DNA of 44,271 nucleotides from Desulfobacterales bacterium (GTDB lineage: Bacteria; Desulfobacterota; Desulfobacteria; Desulfobacterales; UBA11574). The DNA lies in assembly GCA_049583675.1 (NCBI GenBank), contig JBAUWG010000584.1:1-44271 (forward strand), in the 5' to 3' direction. How positions within the stretch are numbered: the first letter of the stretch is position 1; each line of letters opens with the position of its first letter. Made by a program: the position numbers and the translations under genes. The notes below the pieces were generated by a model. The model was not told the origin of the DNA and did no database searches. It saw only the letters and a program-made list of their open reading frames with translations. Positions 33,967-42,531 of the stretch are shown piece after piece.

Positions 33967-34978
33967 GTCCGGCCTTTTCTTGGGGAGCTTGTTGGAGAAT
34001 TTTGTCAAGAATCTTATTGTAAGCATTCAGCAGCGGTTCCTGCAAACCACGGGGTTGAAAGATCATGACCAGGACAAGAACCATACCGAAAATGATCAGA
34101 TGAAGCCCCGGCAGGGTTGAACCGAAGTAAATCCGTGAAAAATCGCTCACCGGCCGAAGAAGCAGGGCGCCCAGAATAGGTCCGGCTATGGAGCCTCTTC
34201 CCCCGATGAGTGCGATAAAGGCGATTTCAAAGGAAAGATCCAAGGACATGACGCTTTTTGGATAGATGTAGAGAGTAAATTGTGCGTAAAAGGTCCCGGC
34301 CAGCGCCGTTAAAAAGGAGCTCATGGCCATGGCGATGAGCTTGGCCCGCGCGACATTGACCCCCAGCGACATGGCGGCTTCGGGTTCCTCCCCCCCTGCA
34401 TTCAAAAAATAACCCAGTTTGGAGCGTGAAATAAAATAGGTGAAAGCGATAACACCGATGAGCATCACCAGAATAATATAATAGTACGGCTCTTTTGTGT
34501 TAAACATGAAGTTGACGAATCCAGTATGCGTGGGAGGGATCTCCAACCCCCTGGGCCCTCGAATATTTAATGGGCCGAGGGTTTCGATGTTTTCGAACAT
34601 GACGCGAATCCCTTCGCCGAAAGCAATGGTCGCCAAAGCAAAATAGGCCCCGCGCATTTTAAATGTGGGCAGACCGATGAGGATCCCCACAATGCCGGCT
34701 AAAAATCCGCCGACGATCATGCCTAGCCAGGGACTGATACCGTACTGAAGGGACAGGACAGTGGAGGTATAGGCACCGATACCGACAAATGCGGAATGAC
34801 CCAGCGGAAGAACGCCGGCAAAACCGCCCACCAGATTCCAGCTCGTCGTCAGGTAGGCATAGAAAAAGAGCAAACAGATAATATGGAGATACGTCGGACT
34901 TCGAAGTACCAGCGGTATCCCAAAGGCAACAACCCCCAGTAAAATAAGCGCCGATGTGTTTATCGTTTTACGCGTCAT
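33953..34978 (-). CDS. livM: Branched-chain-type ABC transporter permease (LivM family)
   Basis: 341-aa polytopic membrane protein sharing LivM motifs with 2557..3522. Confidence 0.88.
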   Translation of the reverse strand: MTRKTINTSALILLGVVAFGIPLVLRSPTYLHIICLLFFYAYLTTSWNLVGGFAGVLPLGHSAFVGIGAYTSTVLSLQYGISPWLGMIVGGFLAGIVGILIGLPTFKMRGAYFALATIAFGEGIRVMFENIETLGPLNIRGPRGLEIPPTHTGFVNFMFNTKEPYYYIILVMLIGVIAFTYFISRSKLGYFLNAGGEEPEAAMSLGVNVARAKLIAMAMSSFLTALAGTFYAQFTLYIYPKSVMSLDLSFEIAFIALIGGRGSIAGPILGALLLRPVSDFSRIYFGSTLPGLHLIIFGMVLVLVMIFQPRGLQEPLLNAYNKILDKILQQAPQEKAGHEYS

Positions 34979-35003
34979 ACCCTTTCCTGTTCAATTAGAA
35001 GCC

Positions 35004-35081
35004 CTATCAAAAAAGTCTTTTCGTCCGATATCGGCGTTGAGCCCTCGTCTCAATCTCGACCGAAAATCCTAATTTTGAGAT
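35004..35081. repeat. Short (78-nt) copy of an inverted-repeat (MITE-like) element, in the livH-livM intercistronic spacer
   Basis: CTATCAAAAAAGTCTTTTCGTCCGATATCGGCGTTGAGCCCTCGTCTCAA|TCTCGACCGAAAATCCTAATTTTGAGAT is near-identical to both ends of 42294..42477. The termini are imperfect inverted repeats. The flanks GAAGCC and GGCTTC extend the pairing. Confidence 0.75.
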
Positions 35082-35097
35082 GGCTTCCAGTTTATGC

Positions 35098-35985
35098 CTA
35101 CCAGTCGTATTTTACACCAAACAGTCCTGAAGGCTTAACGAAGAGGAACACCAGAAAAAGACCGTACACAATTGCTTCCGCCCAAGTGGCGGTCATAAAC
35201 ATGGGCGCGACCGATTCAATCAGGCCAATGATAATTCCTCCGATAATGGCGCCGCCGATACTGCCCAATCCCCCGAGCACCACAATGATGAATCCCTTGA
35301 TATCGAAGAGCACACCGACGGAAGGGAAAATATTATAAAAAGGTACCAGGGTGACTGCGGAGATACCGACAATCGCCGTACCGATGCCAAAAGCGATGTT
35401 GTAGATTTTAAACTGATTAATGCCCATGAGGCTGGCGGCTTCACGGTCAAGACTCGTGGCGCGGATGGCCCTGCCCGTCCGTGTTTTTTGCAAAAACCAG
35501 TAAACGGCTATCGCAGTGATCACCGCGGTGACAAACCCCCAGAGTTTTGGGACGGATATCAACATATTCCCGATGTCCAGCATTTTTCCTCTCAGCGGGT
35601 TGTTTTGAATGCCGCGGTATTGCGGGCCGAATATCAGTAATGTCAGGTTGTCCAGGATGTACCAGATGCCGGTGGTGACGATAATGACCGTAATCGGCTC
35701 ACGAACATCCTTTTCAGCCTTGAATATGGGTTTGATGACGATGTCCTGAAGATAATACCCGAAAAAGTACATGACCGGAACGACGATAATCAGCGAAAGA
35801 TATGGATGCACCCCTGTATATATGAGGACCCAATACGCGACATACATACTCACCATGATCAGGGATCCGTGTGCAAAGTTAATCACCTTGAGGACACCGA
35901 AAATCACGGTCAGGCCCAAAGCGGTCAGTCCGTAAATCGATCCCATACAAATACCGTTAAGTATACTTTCGAAAATATAATTCAT
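35098..35985 (-). CDS. livH: Branched-chain-type ABC transporter permease (LivH family)
   Basis: 295-aa polytopic membrane protein. MNYIFESILNGICMGSIYGLTALGLTVIFG is a typical LivH N-terminus. Confidence 0.88.
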   Translation of the reverse strand: MNYIFESILNGICMGSIYGLTALGLTVIFGVLKVINFAHGSLIMVSMYVAYWVLIYTGVHPYLSLIIVVPVMYFFGYYLQDIVIKPIFKAEKDVREPITVIIVTTGIWYILDNLTLLIFGPQYRGIQNNPLRGKMLDIGNMLISVPKLWGFVTAVITAIAVYWFLQKTRTGRAIRATSLDREAASLMGINQFKIYNIAFGIGTAIVGISAVTLVPFYNIFPSVGVLFDIKGFIIVVLGGLGSIGGAIIGGIIIGLIESVAPMFMTATWAEAIVYGLFLVFLFVKPSGLFGVKYDW

Positions 35986-36066
35986 ATCCGCGTCTCGATT
36001 ACAAGCTATGGAGAAGAGAGCGCCGTTTGGCCAACGACGCTCTCATTTGAATAAACATGGCGTCGA

Positions 36067-37326
36067 TTATTTGTTGGGCATTGGAAATACCGGTGTATAT
36101 CCGGCGCGCCGCGCGCTTTTGGGCCATACCGTAATTCGTTCCAGACCTTTGCCGATATCGTTAATCTGGACCATGACCAAAGACGCATTCTTGTTCTGGC
36201 CGTTCTTGTCAAACTCAACCGAATTATAGCCGACGATCATGCCGGGCCCGCTGGTCAAGTGTGTGGTGGCCAATGCTTCTCGAATTTTGGCCGGATCTAA
36301 AGAGCCGGCCCGTTCCAAGGCATCTTTGAGGACATACATGGCCAGATAAGCGTCCACGGATTCACCGGCCAGGTTGTATCCGTATTTGGCTTTAAATTTG
36401 GCATTGGCTTCTTTGGCGCCCGGTTTATTGACATCGGTTTCCCATTCGACAATATCGAAGAGATACCGGGCATTCTTTCCCGTTGCCTTTAAAAAGGAAG
36501 GATCCGCATGCCCGCCGCCGCTGGCGATAACAGCCTTGAGCTTTACCTTGTACGATGCCAACGTATTGGTTAAAAGGATCGCATCAGCGGCATTGGATAC
36601 CAGCATCAACACATCGGGCCTGGCGCGTCGAATCTTTTGAACCACCGGACTCAGATCCGTGGCTGTGGAAGGATACGGTTCGTCCAGGACAACCTTATAT
36701 CCGCCTTTCTTCGCCAGGATTTTCCATTGGCTCGCAAATCCTTGGCCCCAATCGCCGTTTTCATAAACAAAGGCCAGTTTTTTCACCGGTGTTTTAAACT
36801 CTTTTTCCATATCTTTGAGAAATGCAAACTGGTCGCGGGTCCACCAACTGTCTTTTGCTGCAATTCTGAATACATTTTTGAAACCCTGCTCCGTGATTTT
36901 ATCGGCAACGGAAACCGGAACGATGAACGGAATGCCGTAACGTTCCGCCACCGCCGTTGTCGGATAGGTCACCGCAGAGTTCCAGCAGCCGGTCAATACA
37001 TTTACTTTTTCAGTGTTGATCAAACGTTCGGCTTCGGCCACGCCTCTTTCCGGCTTGGATTCGGAGTCAGCGTAAATCATCTCGAGTTTTGCGCCGCCCA
37101 ATGACTTGATGCCGCCGGCGGCATTGATCTCTTCAACCGCCATTTCACGGGCCTGTTTTCCCTGTTGGCCCACCGATGCCGAGGGTCCTGACAGCGGGAT
37201 AATGTTCCCGACCTTGACCACGTTTTCCGCCGCTGCCGGTGCGGGCAACACGAAAAAGGCGGCCACAAGCGCCAGGGTTGAAAAAAACACGGTTAATTTC
37301 CCCATAAATTTACTGTCAACTTTCAT
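36067..37326 (-). CDS. ABC transporter substrate-binding protein (Leu/Ile/Val-binding family; ligand unknown)
   Basis: 419 aa with a signal peptide (LTVFFSTLALVAAFFVLPAPAAA), followed by VKVGNIIPLSGPSASVG and EINAAGGIKSLGGAKLE family motifs. Confidence 0.85.
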   Translation of the reverse strand: MKVDSKFMGKLTVFFSTLALVAAFFVLPAPAAAENVVKVGNIIPLSGPSASVGQQGKQAREMAVEEINAAGGIKSLGGAKLEMIYADSESKPERGVAEAERLINTEKVNVLTGCWNSAVTYPTTAVAERYGIPFIVPVSVADKITEQGFKNVFRIAAKDSWWTRDQFAFLKDMEKEFKTPVKKLAFVYENGDWGQGFASQWKILAKKGGYKVVLDEPYPSTATDLSPVVQKIRRARPDVLMLVSNAADAILLTNTLASYKVKLKAVIASGGGHADPSFLKATGKNARYLFDIVEWETDVNKPGAKEANAKFKAKYGYNLAGESVDAYLAMYVLKDALERAGSLDPAKIREALATTHLTSGPGMIVGYNSVEFDKNGQNKNASLVMVQINDIGKGLERITVWPKSARRAGYTPVFPMPNK

Positions 37327-37378
37327 TGATTGCTCCTCCTTTTGTTCATAGTGGTTAATTTATTTTCGAGCATAGACG

Positions 37379-37693
37379 TTAAATAAGGCTGCCGTAGGAA
37401 AAGAACGTCATATCATCAGGGATCCCGGTATTTAGAACGTCCTGCATTATATGATCTGCTCTGTTTGGATCAACTCTTACCACCAGCAAAGATAATCCGA
37501 GGTGTTTGTCGTAGTGAATTTTGGAATCAAAGATTCCCAGATTTAACTGCGCGATGCCATGAATGATGTTATGAAATACATCCTTATCGACGGATGAAAA
37601 GGTCTTTTCAAAGATCAGGTAACTGTAAGCAGGGTCCAGTGACCGTTTGATCTTCTCAAAAACCGGGGAATGAGGCTTGGATGCTTTTTTCAT
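37379..37693 (-). CDS. Hypothetical protein (104 aa), co-operonic with gabT and the ABC transporter
   Basis: Clean ORF whose start lies 1 nt after the gabT stop. I recognise no family. Confidence 0.5.
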   Translation of the reverse strand: MKKASKPHSPVFEKIKRSLDPAYSYLIFEKTFSSVDKDVFHNIIHGIAQLNLGIFDSKIHYDKHLGLSLLVVRVDPNRADHIMQDVLNTGIPDDMTFFSYGSLI

Positions 37694-37694
37694 T

Positions 37695-39002
37695 TTATTT
37701 TGAAATAAACCCGAGGCCTTCTTCTAAAATGGCCAGGCCCCTATTCAATTGTTCGTCTGTGATAACCAGCGGCATTAGGGTTCGAATAACGTTCCCGAAG
37801 TTGCCGCAGGACAATAAGATCAACCCCTTGTCATGACAGAATTTGACCAGCGCCTTGGCTTTATCTGCTGCGGGTTCTTTGGTCTGCCGGTCTTTCACCA
37901 GTTCCATGGCGAGCATGGGGCCTAATCCGCGGACTTCTCCGATAAATTCGTATTCACGTTGAAAGGCATCAAAATGTTTCCGCACCTTTTTGCCCAGATC
38001 TTTAGACGTTTGAAGCAGATTTTCCTGTTCAAAAATTTCCATGACCGCAAGACCCGCTGCGCAGGCGACCGGGTTGCCCCCGTAAGTACCGCCCAACCCA
38101 AACGGGTGAACCGTTTCCATAATTTCCTTTTTCCCCACCACTGCGCTCAGCGGCATTCCAGCCGCAAGACTTTTGGCGACCGTCACAAGGTCAGGCGCCA
38201 GATTCCAGTGTTCTATGGCAAACATCTTGCCGGTGCGTCCCATGCCGGTTTGAATTTCGTCGGCGATAAACAGAATTCCGTAGTCGCTGCATATGTTGAC
38301 CAGTTTAGGAAAATACTCCGGCGGCGGCGTGATAAAGCCGCCTTCGCCCATTATCGGTTCCGCGATAACGGCCGCTGTTTTTTCAGCAGCGACATGACTG
38401 ATAAAAAACTCTTTGAGATGATCCGCGCATACGACATCACAGCCGGGATACGCCAGGCCGAACGGGCAGCGATAACAATAGGCATAGGGCATCCGGTAAA
38501 TTTCAGGGGCAAATGGGCCGAATCCGAACTTATACGGCTTGACCTTGCTGGTGAGGGTCATGGTTAAGAGTGTGCGGCCGTGGTAGCCGTTTTCAAAGGC
38601 AATGACGGCAGGTCTTTCGGTATAATATCGAGCGATTTTGACGGCATTTTCAACCGCTTCAGCCCCGCTGTTGATAAAAAGGGCTCTTTTCTCAAAAGAT
38701 CCCGGCGTTGCATTGCATAACTTCCGGGCCAGTTCCACCGGTTGTGCATACGGCATCACCATAAAACATGTATGGGTGAATTTTTCCGCCTGATCCTTGA
38801 TGGCTTTAATCACCTTGGGATGAGAATGCCCGACATTCATCACACCGATACCGCCGGCAAAGTCGATGAACTCTTTGCCCTCCACATCCCGGATCAGCGC
38901 GCCCTTGGCTGATTCTACGTAGCTGGGTGTTATACTCCCGTGGCCGGAGGGTATATATTGGGCCCGTATTTTCCCCAGATTTTCATTGGTAACATGCGCC
39001 AT
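37695..39002 (-). CDS. gabT: Class-III PLP aminotransferase, 4-aminobutyrate:2-oxoglutarate transaminase-like
   Basis: 435 aa. Motifs: DFAGGIGVMNVGHSHP, NSGAEAVENAVKIAR, ADEIQTGMGRTGKMFA, TVAKSLAAGMPLSA (PLP-binding Lys) and GGTYGGNPVACAA. It is collinear with GabT-type omega-transaminases. Confidence 0.85.
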   Translation of the reverse strand: MAHVTNENLGKIRAQYIPSGHGSITPSYVESAKGALIRDVEGKEFIDFAGGIGVMNVGHSHPKVIKAIKDQAEKFTHTCFMVMPYAQPVELARKLCNATPGSFEKRALFINSGAEAVENAVKIARYYTERPAVIAFENGYHGRTLLTMTLTSKVKPYKFGFGPFAPEIYRMPYAYCYRCPFGLAYPGCDVVCADHLKEFFISHVAAEKTAAVIAEPIMGEGGFITPPPEYFPKLVNICSDYGILFIADEIQTGMGRTGKMFAIEHWNLAPDLVTVAKSLAAGMPLSAVVGKKEIMETVHPFGLGGTYGGNPVACAAGLAVMEIFEQENLLQTSKDLGKKVRKHFDAFQREYEFIGEVRGLGPMLAMELVKDRQTKEPAADKAKALVKFCHDKGLILLSCGNFGNVIRTLMPLVITDEQLNRGLAILEEGLGFISK

Positions 39003-39076
39003 TAGAATACTCCTTGCTTGATGGTTGCGTAAGCAGTTTGTTTTATTGAACGGTATTTCTATTTTTCTCGATTCAA

Positions 39077-39092
39077 AGCAATATCTGTTCCA
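39077..39092 (-). promoter_or_regulatory. Sigma-54 (-24/-12) promoter for the gabT-ABC operon
   Basis: The reverse complement of 39075-39095 is CATTGGAACAGATATTGCTTT. This gives TGGAAC-N5-TTGCT with GG and GC at consensus spacing, about 75 nt upstream of the gabT ATG. Confidence 0.65.
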
Positions 39093-39169
39093 ATGGTTGC
39101 ATGCATAAAGACAATATAAGAGATTCGAATGGGTTGAGCGTTTTGATGCAGAGATATGGTTTGACGGGA

Positions 39170-39189
39170 TTGATTCATTTATGAATCAA
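39170..39189. promoter_or_regulatory. Perfect inverted repeat, candidate enhancer (UAS) for the adjacent sigma-54 activator
   Basis: TTGATTCAT-TT-ATGAATCAA has 9-bp perfect arms and lies 80-100 nt upstream of the -24 element. A related GATTCA-TTAT-TGAATC repeat sits at 39297-39312, and AATGATGCA(A/T)AAT occurs twice (about 39191 and 39228). Confidence 0.45.
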
Positions 39190-39302
39190 AAAATGATGCA
39201 AAATCGCGCCGGGTAAGCCATTGTGGAATGATGCATAATTGAATCATAATGCATTTATTTTAAATTCATTCATAACAGAGAATTAAACACTTTTTTGATT
39301 CA

Positions 39303-41060
39303 TTATTGAATCGTCTTTCGGTATAGACCATGTTTTTTAAGTTTGCGAACGATGCTGGGTTGGCTGATTTTCAGGAACCGCGCCATTTCTCTGGTGGTCC
39401 GGCAGCATCTCATGGCATGTTGCAAAATATCCTTTTCCAGGTTCAGCATCTGACCGGTGAGCCCTTTTTCCTGGGATGAATCATCCACTGAAGTCGTAAA
39501 GGCGCACATGCCTGATGGAAGACCCTGATAGATAACCTCATCAATAAAATGAGTTTCGCTCATCAAGACCGCTTTTTTAATCATGTTTTTCAATTCACGA
39601 ACATTTCCGGGAAACGGATAAGCTTGCAATAATTTAAGGGCATCCGGAGAGATCCGCCGATTTAACCCGTATGTTTTTCCATATTCTTTCATATAGAAAC
39701 TCACCAGTTCAAAAATATCGTCAATTCTTTCCCGAAGCGGTGGAATTCGTATGGTAAAGGTATTGAGCCGAAAAAAGAGATCCCTTCGGAACCGTTTTTC
39801 TTGAACCAGACCTTCTATGTCACGATTTGTAGCGGCAATTATCGTGCAATCAATTTTCTTTGCTTTAAGGCCTCCCAGACGCATAACCTCATGATCATCC
39901 AAGTATTTCAATAATTTTGCCTGGAGAGAATGCGGTAAATCCCCGATCTCGTCGAGAAAAAGGGTTCCTTCGTGGGCCAGTTCAAAAAGGCCGGCTTTTC
40001 CTTCCTGCCGGGCGCCGGTAAATGCACCTTTTTCATAGCCGAAAAGTTCGGCTTCTAAAAGGTATTCCGGTAAGGTGGCACAGTTGATCTGAATGAAAGG
40101 TTTCTTGTTTCGATGGCTGTTCTTATGTATGAATTTGGCCAAAAGCCCTTTGCCGGTTCCGGATTCTCCCAGAATCAATATATCCGATGCTGAAAGATGG
40201 GCCAGCTTTAAGGCGAGGTGCAGAACTTGGCGCATCTTTTTATCTTCAGCGACAATCTCCTGATCTTTTAATTCCAAAAGGCTGAGTTCAGCCAGTTTAT
40301 CCTTATATTTCTCCGTCACCATTCGGGAATTTTCAAGCTGTTTCTGGATGGCGTTCAATTGGGTCATATCCCGCTCATTGACCACCACAAGAAAGATATG
40401 ACCATCATCATCAAAAGCGGGTGTGCCGGTGGCCAGCAAAAGCTTTTCCGTTCGTTTTATTTTTTGGATGACACTGACCTGGCGTTTGGTTTCAAGCACT
40501 TCCAAGGTTACCGAACGATCAAACAGACCGCCTTCTACAAGATCGATCACGTTTTTGCCGATGATATCCGTTGCATGAATCCCATTCAATTTTTCAGAGG
40601 CTTCGTTGATGTCAATCACTTTGCCTTGTCCGTCGCAGACCCATATTCCATCATGGGACGCTTTAAAAATGGTTTTCAGCTGCTGATTCAGGTAACTGCT
40701 CGACGCCAGCTTGTCCGGCGAAATTTTAAATTGCTTCATATCCTGGAAATTACAAACGGTCCCCAATATTTTCTTTCCCCGGCGAATCAGGGTAATATTG
40801 AGCACCATATCGAGCTTTTCTCCGATAACATGGTGCCCCCATTTGGGCGTGCCGGTTTTCAAGCATTCTAAGACCTGTGGACCGGTGATAGGGAGCAGTT
40901 CTGAAATATAAACGCCGTTGTGCTTTTTGGCACTGCAACCCAGTATTTTTTCAGCCTGAGGATTGATATAGGCAATGGTTCCCGACACATCCGTTGCAAT
41001 GATGCCGTTTGACGTTGCATTGAAAATCAGGTCATATGTTATACTTTTGTCCATGGTCAT
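39303..41060 (-). CDS. Sigma-54-dependent transcriptional activator with two PAS-like sensor domains
   Basis: 585 aa. The N-terminal PAS-like segments include IFNATSNGIIATDVSGTIAYINPQAEKILG and IFKASHDGIWVCDGQGKVIDINEASEKLNG. The AAA+ core has ILILGESGTGKGLLA, GAFTGA, TLFLDEIGD and RRDLFFRLN. The C-terminal HTH is ARFLKISQPSIVRKLKKHGL. Confidence 0.9.
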   Translation of the reverse strand: MTMDKSITYDLIFNATSNGIIATDVSGTIAYINPQAEKILGCSAKKHNGVYISELLPITGPQVLECLKTGTPKWGHHVIGEKLDMVLNITLIRRGKKILGTVCNFQDMKQFKISPDKLASSSYLNQQLKTIFKASHDGIWVCDGQGKVIDINEASEKLNGIHATDIIGKNVIDLVEGGLFDRSVTLEVLETKRQVSVIQKIKRTEKLLLATGTPAFDDDGHIFLVVVNERDMTQLNAIQKQLENSRMVTEKYKDKLAELSLLELKDQEIVAEDKKMRQVLHLALKLAHLSASDILILGESGTGKGLLAKFIHKNSHRNKKPFIQINCATLPEYLLEAELFGYEKGAFTGARQEGKAGLFELAHEGTLFLDEIGDLPHSLQAKLLKYLDDHEVMRLGGLKAKKIDCTIIAATNRDIEGLVQEKRFRRDLFFRLNTFTIRIPPLRERIDDIFELVSFYMKEYGKTYGLNRRISPDALKLLQAYPFPGNVRELKNMIKKAVLMSETHFIDEVIYQGLPSGMCAFTTSVDDSSQEKGLTGQMLNLEKDILQHAMRCCRTTREMARFLKISQPSIVRKLKKHGLYRKTIQ

Positions 41061-41195
41061 ACATCTTAAATGATATTTGAATGGTTTTACACGTCAATAT
41101 TTTATAATATTTTCCGGTTCCCGGGTCAAGGCCGGGCTTGACCTTTACTATACATGTGAATATTATCTAATTCACTTATGTCGAAAGGGGAAAAG

Positions 41196-41663
41196 ATGCG
41201 GAAACAGAAAAATTCCAGAGGCTGTTTTCTGTGCGGACTTGAGAATGAATTATCGCTGAAAATGAAATGGTACGAAGATCAACAGACGCGGCAGGTGCGG
41301 TCCACGGTGACGGTTCCGGATCATTTCAACGGCTATCCGGGAGTGGTTCACGGGGGGATTGTTTCGGCAATACTGGATGAAACATCCGGACGCGCCGTCA
41401 TGTTGAAAAACGGCGAGGATGCATTAATGGTGGCGCTGAAGCTGGAAGTAACGTTTCGCCGTCCGACCCCGACCAATACGTCGCTTACGGTTACCGGCTG
41501 GGTGATCAAGCAGTCCTCAAGCCGGGCTCAGGTCGCCGCAGAGATCCGGCTTCCCGATGGAACCCTTACCGCCGAATGCAAAGCCGTCGTCGTTCGTCCG
41601 CCCCGGGAAATACTTGACAAATGGGAAAATGAAAAACCTTATTGGAAGGTTTATGATGATTGA
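41196..41663 (+). CDS. PaaI-family hotdog-fold thioesterase
   Basis: Track ORF 41178..41663. ATG 41196 has the better RBS (AAGGGGA). Motifs: NGYPGVVHGGIVSAILDETSGRA and a C-terminal beta-sheet region. An N-terminal CFLCG motif is present. Confidence 0.75.
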   Translation: MRKQKNSRGCFLCGLENELSLKMKWYEDQQTRQVRSTVTVPDHFNGYPGVVHGGIVSAILDETSGRAVMLKNGEDALMVALKLEVTFRRPTPTNTSLTVTGWVIKQSSSRAQVAAEIRLPDGTLTAECKAVVVRPPREILDKWENEKPYWKVYDD

Positions 41664-41756
41664 ACAATTCACTTTTAATATATTATTTTGGATGGAATCG
41701 GCTAAAGGCGAAAATGTTTGTGTCGGGTTTTATCTAACGTGTTAAGGAGGCTTTAA

Positions 41757-42239
41757 ATGCAAATTTTGGTTCTTTATTTTTCTAAGGGCGGCAACACCAA
41801 AAAACTGGCTGAAGCGATCTTTAAAGGGATTGAAAGTGTCGAAGGCGTTAACGGCATATTAAAACATACCGATGATGTCACCAAAGAGGATTTTGTTTCA
41901 TCAAGCGGAGTGATTGCCGGTTCCCCAGTCTATTTCGGGGTCATGGCGGCCCAGCTCAAAAAGATTTTCGACGAATTTGTGGGCATTCGGAAAAAAATGG
42001 AGGGCAAGGTCGGTGCTGCCTTTGCAACATCCGCAGATCCTTCGGGCGGAAAGGAAACCACAATGATGTCCATTATCCAAGTCATGTTGATTTACGGGAT
42101 GGTGATTGTGGGGGATCCCCTGTCCGCTACCGGACATTTTGGGACGGCCTGTGTCGGTGCGCCGGACAGCGGCAATCTTGAAAATGGTATGAAACTGGGA
42201 CAGAGGGTGGCGAAACTGGCAAAAAAACTCGGAGATTAA
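41757..42239 (+). CDS. Flavodoxin-fold FMN protein (WrbA / NAD(P)H-dependent oxidoreductase-like)
   Basis: 160 aa with RBS AAGGAGG. MQILVLYFSKGGNTKKLAEAI is a flavodoxin-type phosphate-binding loop, and GSPVYFGVMAAQLK is also present. Confidence 0.8.
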   Translation: MQILVLYFSKGGNTKKLAEAIFKGIESVEGVNGILKHTDDVTKEDFVSSSGVIAGSPVYFGVMAAQLKKIFDEFVGIRKKMEGKVGAAFATSADPSGGKETTMMSIIQVMLIYGMVIVGDPLSATGHFGTACVGAPDSGNLENGMKLGQRVAKLAKKLGD

Positions 42240-42293
42240 GAAAAACGGCATTTTATAATGATACCGGGTTCCGAACCTGAATATCACGAGAAG

Positions 42294-42477
42294 CTATCTC
42301 AAAAAAGTCTTTTCGTCCGATGTCGGCGTTGAGCCCTCGTCTCAAGTCCTCGACATACTTGAGTATGCGTGTCGAAGATCCCGCTAACAGACGGGGCGAG
42401 TTGATCCTCAGCCTTGCGTTTTTGTCCCGACGATCTTGGGCGGGAGATCTCGACCGAAAATCCTAATTTTAAGATAG
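42294..42477. repeat. Long (184-nt) copy of the inverted-repeat (MITE-like) element
   Basis: Its ends match 35004..35081. The left end is CTATCTCAAAAAAGTCTTTTCGTCCGATGTCGGCGTTGAGCCCTCGTCTCAA and the right end is TCTCGACCGAAAATCCTAATTTTAAGATAG. An extra 102-nt core (42346-42447) contains internal hairpins such as TCGACA...TGTCGA and CCCG...CGGG. The terminal inverted repeat reads CTATCT.AAAA....TTTTCG.TCGA on both arms. Confidence 0.75.
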
Positions 42478-42531
42478 ATTTTAAAGGCGCTGTCAAGCGC
42501 AGGCCGAAATATATTGTTTGAGGAAAATAAA

